A stretch of 5,554 nt of DNA from positions 1 through 5,554 of the IMG/VR virus record IMGVR_UViG_3300030418_000012. The stretch is one strand, 5' to 3'. Positions 4,022-5,554 of the stretch are shown piece by piece. The stretch is from a virus. The notes beneath the pieces are model-generated. The model was not told the DNA's origin. It was given only the letters and a program-made list of their open reading frames with translations, and did not search any database. The translations under genes and the position numbers were made by a program. Each line of letters starts with the position of its first letter. Positions within the stretch are counted from its first letter, which is position 1.

Positions 4022-5368
4022 CTAATATCTGCCGATAGCGCGTTTTTGTGCCGGATGTCTGGCATACCACGCTCCAAGCTCCCGGACAAGCCCGCTGTGC
4101 CGGCGCGCGTGCCAGGCCATGACGAGCGCATCAGCACGGTCGGGAGAGCGGACGCCGCGCTTCGCCATGTCCTCCTTACTCTCGATTTTGACGCGGCCAA
4201 TTGCGTCCGTCTGGAAGCGCGGCGCGACAAGCTGCTCAATGGTGTCCTCATCAATGTCGAGGATGAGCTCTTTTTCCTCGATCGCACGTGCCAATGCTCT
4301 CCATGCCTGGGCGCGGAGGTTGACAAAGGCCTGTGTATCGTCGGCGGGAAATCCGCCCCGGTAGGAGTGCACCGGGAAGCCCTCGGCGCGGAAGTCGTCA
4401 ATGAGGGGGAGTCCAAGGCCGTCTCCATCCGCGAAAATGCGGTCGGCTGGAATGCCGAGTTCGGCGGCCTTGCGGCGGAACCGTCCGCGCGCTCCGACGG
4501 TGTCCGGGTCTGCCCAGTGATCAGCAATGAAGAATCGGTTGCCGTGCCCGGCAGCAAAGACGTTTTCGTCTCCGCCGGCGGCGAAGTCAAAGCCGCCGCA
4601 GGTCTCCCCGGTGTCCAAAAAGGGAGGCGGGTTATTGAACAGCTCCATAAGGGAGCGGCGGGAAATGACGGACTGTCCGTCTAGGTCCGTGAATTCTCCG
4701 AGGATGGCGGAGCGGTAGAAAGAGGATTGCTCTCCGTATTCTTTTTTGATGCGGGCGGCCTTGCCCGGGTCGTTGATCTCAATATGAGGACAGTCCTCGT
4801 ATTTGACCCGGATTTTGTAGTAGAGGGAGGAATTTTTGTGGAAGCAGTCGTAGAAGGTGCCGGAGTCAGCTCCAGGTGACGATGTGATGAACGCATGAAA
4901 GAGCGTGCAGCGGGAAACCGCGGTAAAGATGGGGTCCGGGATGGTCTTGGCTTCGTCGAGGACGTAAAAGACCGGGTCCACGTCGGGCGATATTTTCGGG
5001 TGCCATCCTTCCGCGCGTCCGGCGTTGTCGGTGGAGAATCCCACGGCAAAGCCGCCTTCGGGCGTGCGGATTTCCGTCTTATTGAAGGTCCAGCCTGCAA
5101 AGAAGGGGTTGTCCATGTAGCGGCGCAGCGCGGGAAAGAGCTGCTTTTCCACTTGCATCCAGGACGAGGACGTGACAGGAACCTGTCCCCGCGGAAAACA
5201 GGTGAGAAAGTACAGGATGGCCGGCGCAATGCAGTTGCTTGTCTTGCCCGACCCGTTAGGGGCTACCAAAGCCACGCTTTTTCCTCCCAGGGCAATCTTG
5301 CCGAGGGATAGCGCCTTGATGGCCTCTACCTGCCAGGGATAGGGATCCAGGCGGAGGATGTGACGCAA
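4022..5368 (-). CDS. terL: Terminase large subunit (ATPase plus RNase H-like nuclease)
   Basis: 448-aa ORF. It has Walker A VAPNGSGKTS and Walker B VFYVLDEA. The C-terminal nuclease acidic motifs are GGFDFAAGGDENVF, IFADGDGLGLPLIDDF and RSPDRADALVMAW. It lies immediately upstream of the portal. The start in the track is TTG 5366-5368, with no ATG until aa 71. Stop is TAG 4022-4024. Confidence 0.93.
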   Translation of the reverse strand: MRHILRLDPYPWQVEAIKALSLGKIALGGKSVALVAPNGSGKTSNCIAPAILYFLTCFPRGQVPVTSSSWMQVEKQLFPALRRYMDNPFFAGWTFNKTEIRTPEGGFAVGFSTDNAGRAEGWHPKISPDVDPVFYVLDEAKTIPDPIFTAVSRCTLFHAFITSSPGADSGTFYDCFHKNSSLYYKIRVKYEDCPHIEINDPGKAARIKKEYGEQSSFYRSAILGEFTDLDGQSVISRRSLMELFNNPPPFLDTGETCGGFDFAAGGDENVFAAGHGNRFFIADHWADPDTVGARGRFRRKAAELGIPADRIFADGDGLGLPLIDDFRAEGFPVHSYRGGFPADDTQAFVNLRAQAWRALARAIEEKELILDIDEDTIEQLVAPRFQTDAIGRVKIESKEDMAKRGVRSPDRADALVMAWHARRHSGLVRELGAWYARHPAQKRAIGRY

Positions 5369-5401
5369 GAAGAAGCTGACGGGAAGGTAGGGCCTGCGGT
5401 A

Positions 5402-5554
5402 CTACGGGTTGAGCTTGCCGGTAATGGTTTCGAGCGCGGTCTTCTCGTCTTCCTGGAGCTGGGCCAGCTGCTCGGGGTCCAGGGTGATTTTGCGTTCTAA
5501 TGGCGAGCCGGGAACGCCCGCTACATCCTGCCGGACTCGGTCGCCGAATTTCTC
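5402..5554 (-). CDS. 3' end of an upstream gene running off the window (function unknown; position suggests a terminase small subunit or other packaging protein)
   Basis: The hand-translated minus-strand frame is open from the window edge to TAG 5402-5404: EKFGDRVRQDVAGVPGSPLERKITLDPEQLAQLQEDEKTALETITGKLNP*. It shares strand and frame with terL and has coding-like composition. It is absent from the track because no start lies inside the window. The functional guess rests on gene order only. Confidence 0.45.
   Translation of the reverse strand, partial: EKFGDRVRQDVAGVPGSPLERKITLDPEQLAQLQEDEKTALETITGKLNP

Noticed and set aside
560-5229. Off-frame minus-strand ORFs (560..1327, 2334..2516, 2551..2778, 2962..3222, 3289..3585, 3775..4590, 4681..5229).
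   Set aside because: They overlap the capsid, decoration, portal and terL frames out of register. They translate to the Arg/Pro/Ser/Thr-rich strings typical of the wrong frame in GC-rich coding DNA. 560..1327 matters only as the frame that holds the ATT/TTG discussed in the capsid-start finding.
308-5311. All plus-strand ORFs in the track (308..511, 955..1329, 1085..1357, 1481..2140, 1807..2322, 2329..2544, 2495..3007, 2604..2978, 3140..3589, 3701..3979, 4013..4684, 4119..4364, 4527..4718, 4895..5311).
   Set aside because: Each is antisense to a minus-strand gene with clear phage structural-protein character. Their translations are Ser/Arg/Gly/Ala-rich and low-complexity, for example the poly-Ser mirror of the acidic scaffold region. 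Long antisense ORFs are expected in GC-rich DNA. None has a recognisable motif or its own intergenic context.
952-5404. TAG stop-codon readthrough or recoding. The upstream partial ORF, terL and the decoration gene all end in TAG, and each is followed in the same frame by the next gene (terL, portal, capsid).
   Set aside because: After the decoration TAG a TAA follows three codons later (952-954). After the terL TAG a TGA follows one codon later (4016-4018). The tRNA anticodon is CCU, not a suppressor (CUA/UCA/UUA). Sharing a frame has a one-in-three chance each time. Only the 5402 TAG lacks a backup stop before terL, and nothing else supports a fusion there.
1-5554. CRISPR arrays, long direct or terminal repeats, IS or transposase remnants, integrase or att sites.
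   Set aside because: Scanning by eye found no repeat-spacer periodicity and no long repeats. No ORF has recombinase or transposase character. The only repeated elements seen are the 17-bp palindromes and the CCGCAGG 7-mer reported above. A computational repeat search would be needed for certainty.

Overview
Every feature I can support lies on the minus strand. Together they form one contiguous head-morphogenesis/packaging module of a tailed phage or prophage, read right to left. The order is: the 3' end of an upstream gene (5402-5554), the terminase large subunit (4022-5368), a 243-bp non-coding gap, a Mu gp29/DUF935-type portal (2513-3778), a Mu gpI-like prohead protease/scaffold (1417-2538), a small DUF2190-like probable decoration protein (964-1395), and an HK97-fold major capsid protein (stop at 7, start unresolved between 744 and about 930). 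The DNA is GC-rich by eye, and all plus-strand ORFs and off-frame minus-strand ORFs in the track look like GC-driven artefacts. I see no CRISPR array, transposase, toxin-antitoxin or recognisable defence system. The unusual content is in and around the terL-portal gap. (1) A 74-nt complete tRNA cloverleaf (3901-3974, minus strand, anticodon CCU) has an acceptor end that looks like a bacterial initiator tRNA (C1xA72, G2-C71, C3-G70, A73, CCA). (2) An AT-rich island abuts it and carries two copies of a 17-bp GTTGA-N7-TCAAC palindrome plus promoter-like hexamers. (3) The capsid reading frame is clearly coding for about 60 codons upstream of its first ATG/GTG/TTG. terL and portal start on TTG at best, and all three genes have one in-frame AGG at a plausible N-terminal position. 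From this I raise a speculative hypothesis of AGG-initiated late genes served by a phage initiator-type tRNA; ordinary explanations (an elongator tRNA-Arg, a 1-nt indel) are given alongside. All family assignments come from reading the translations and from memory of these families; no database search was run.
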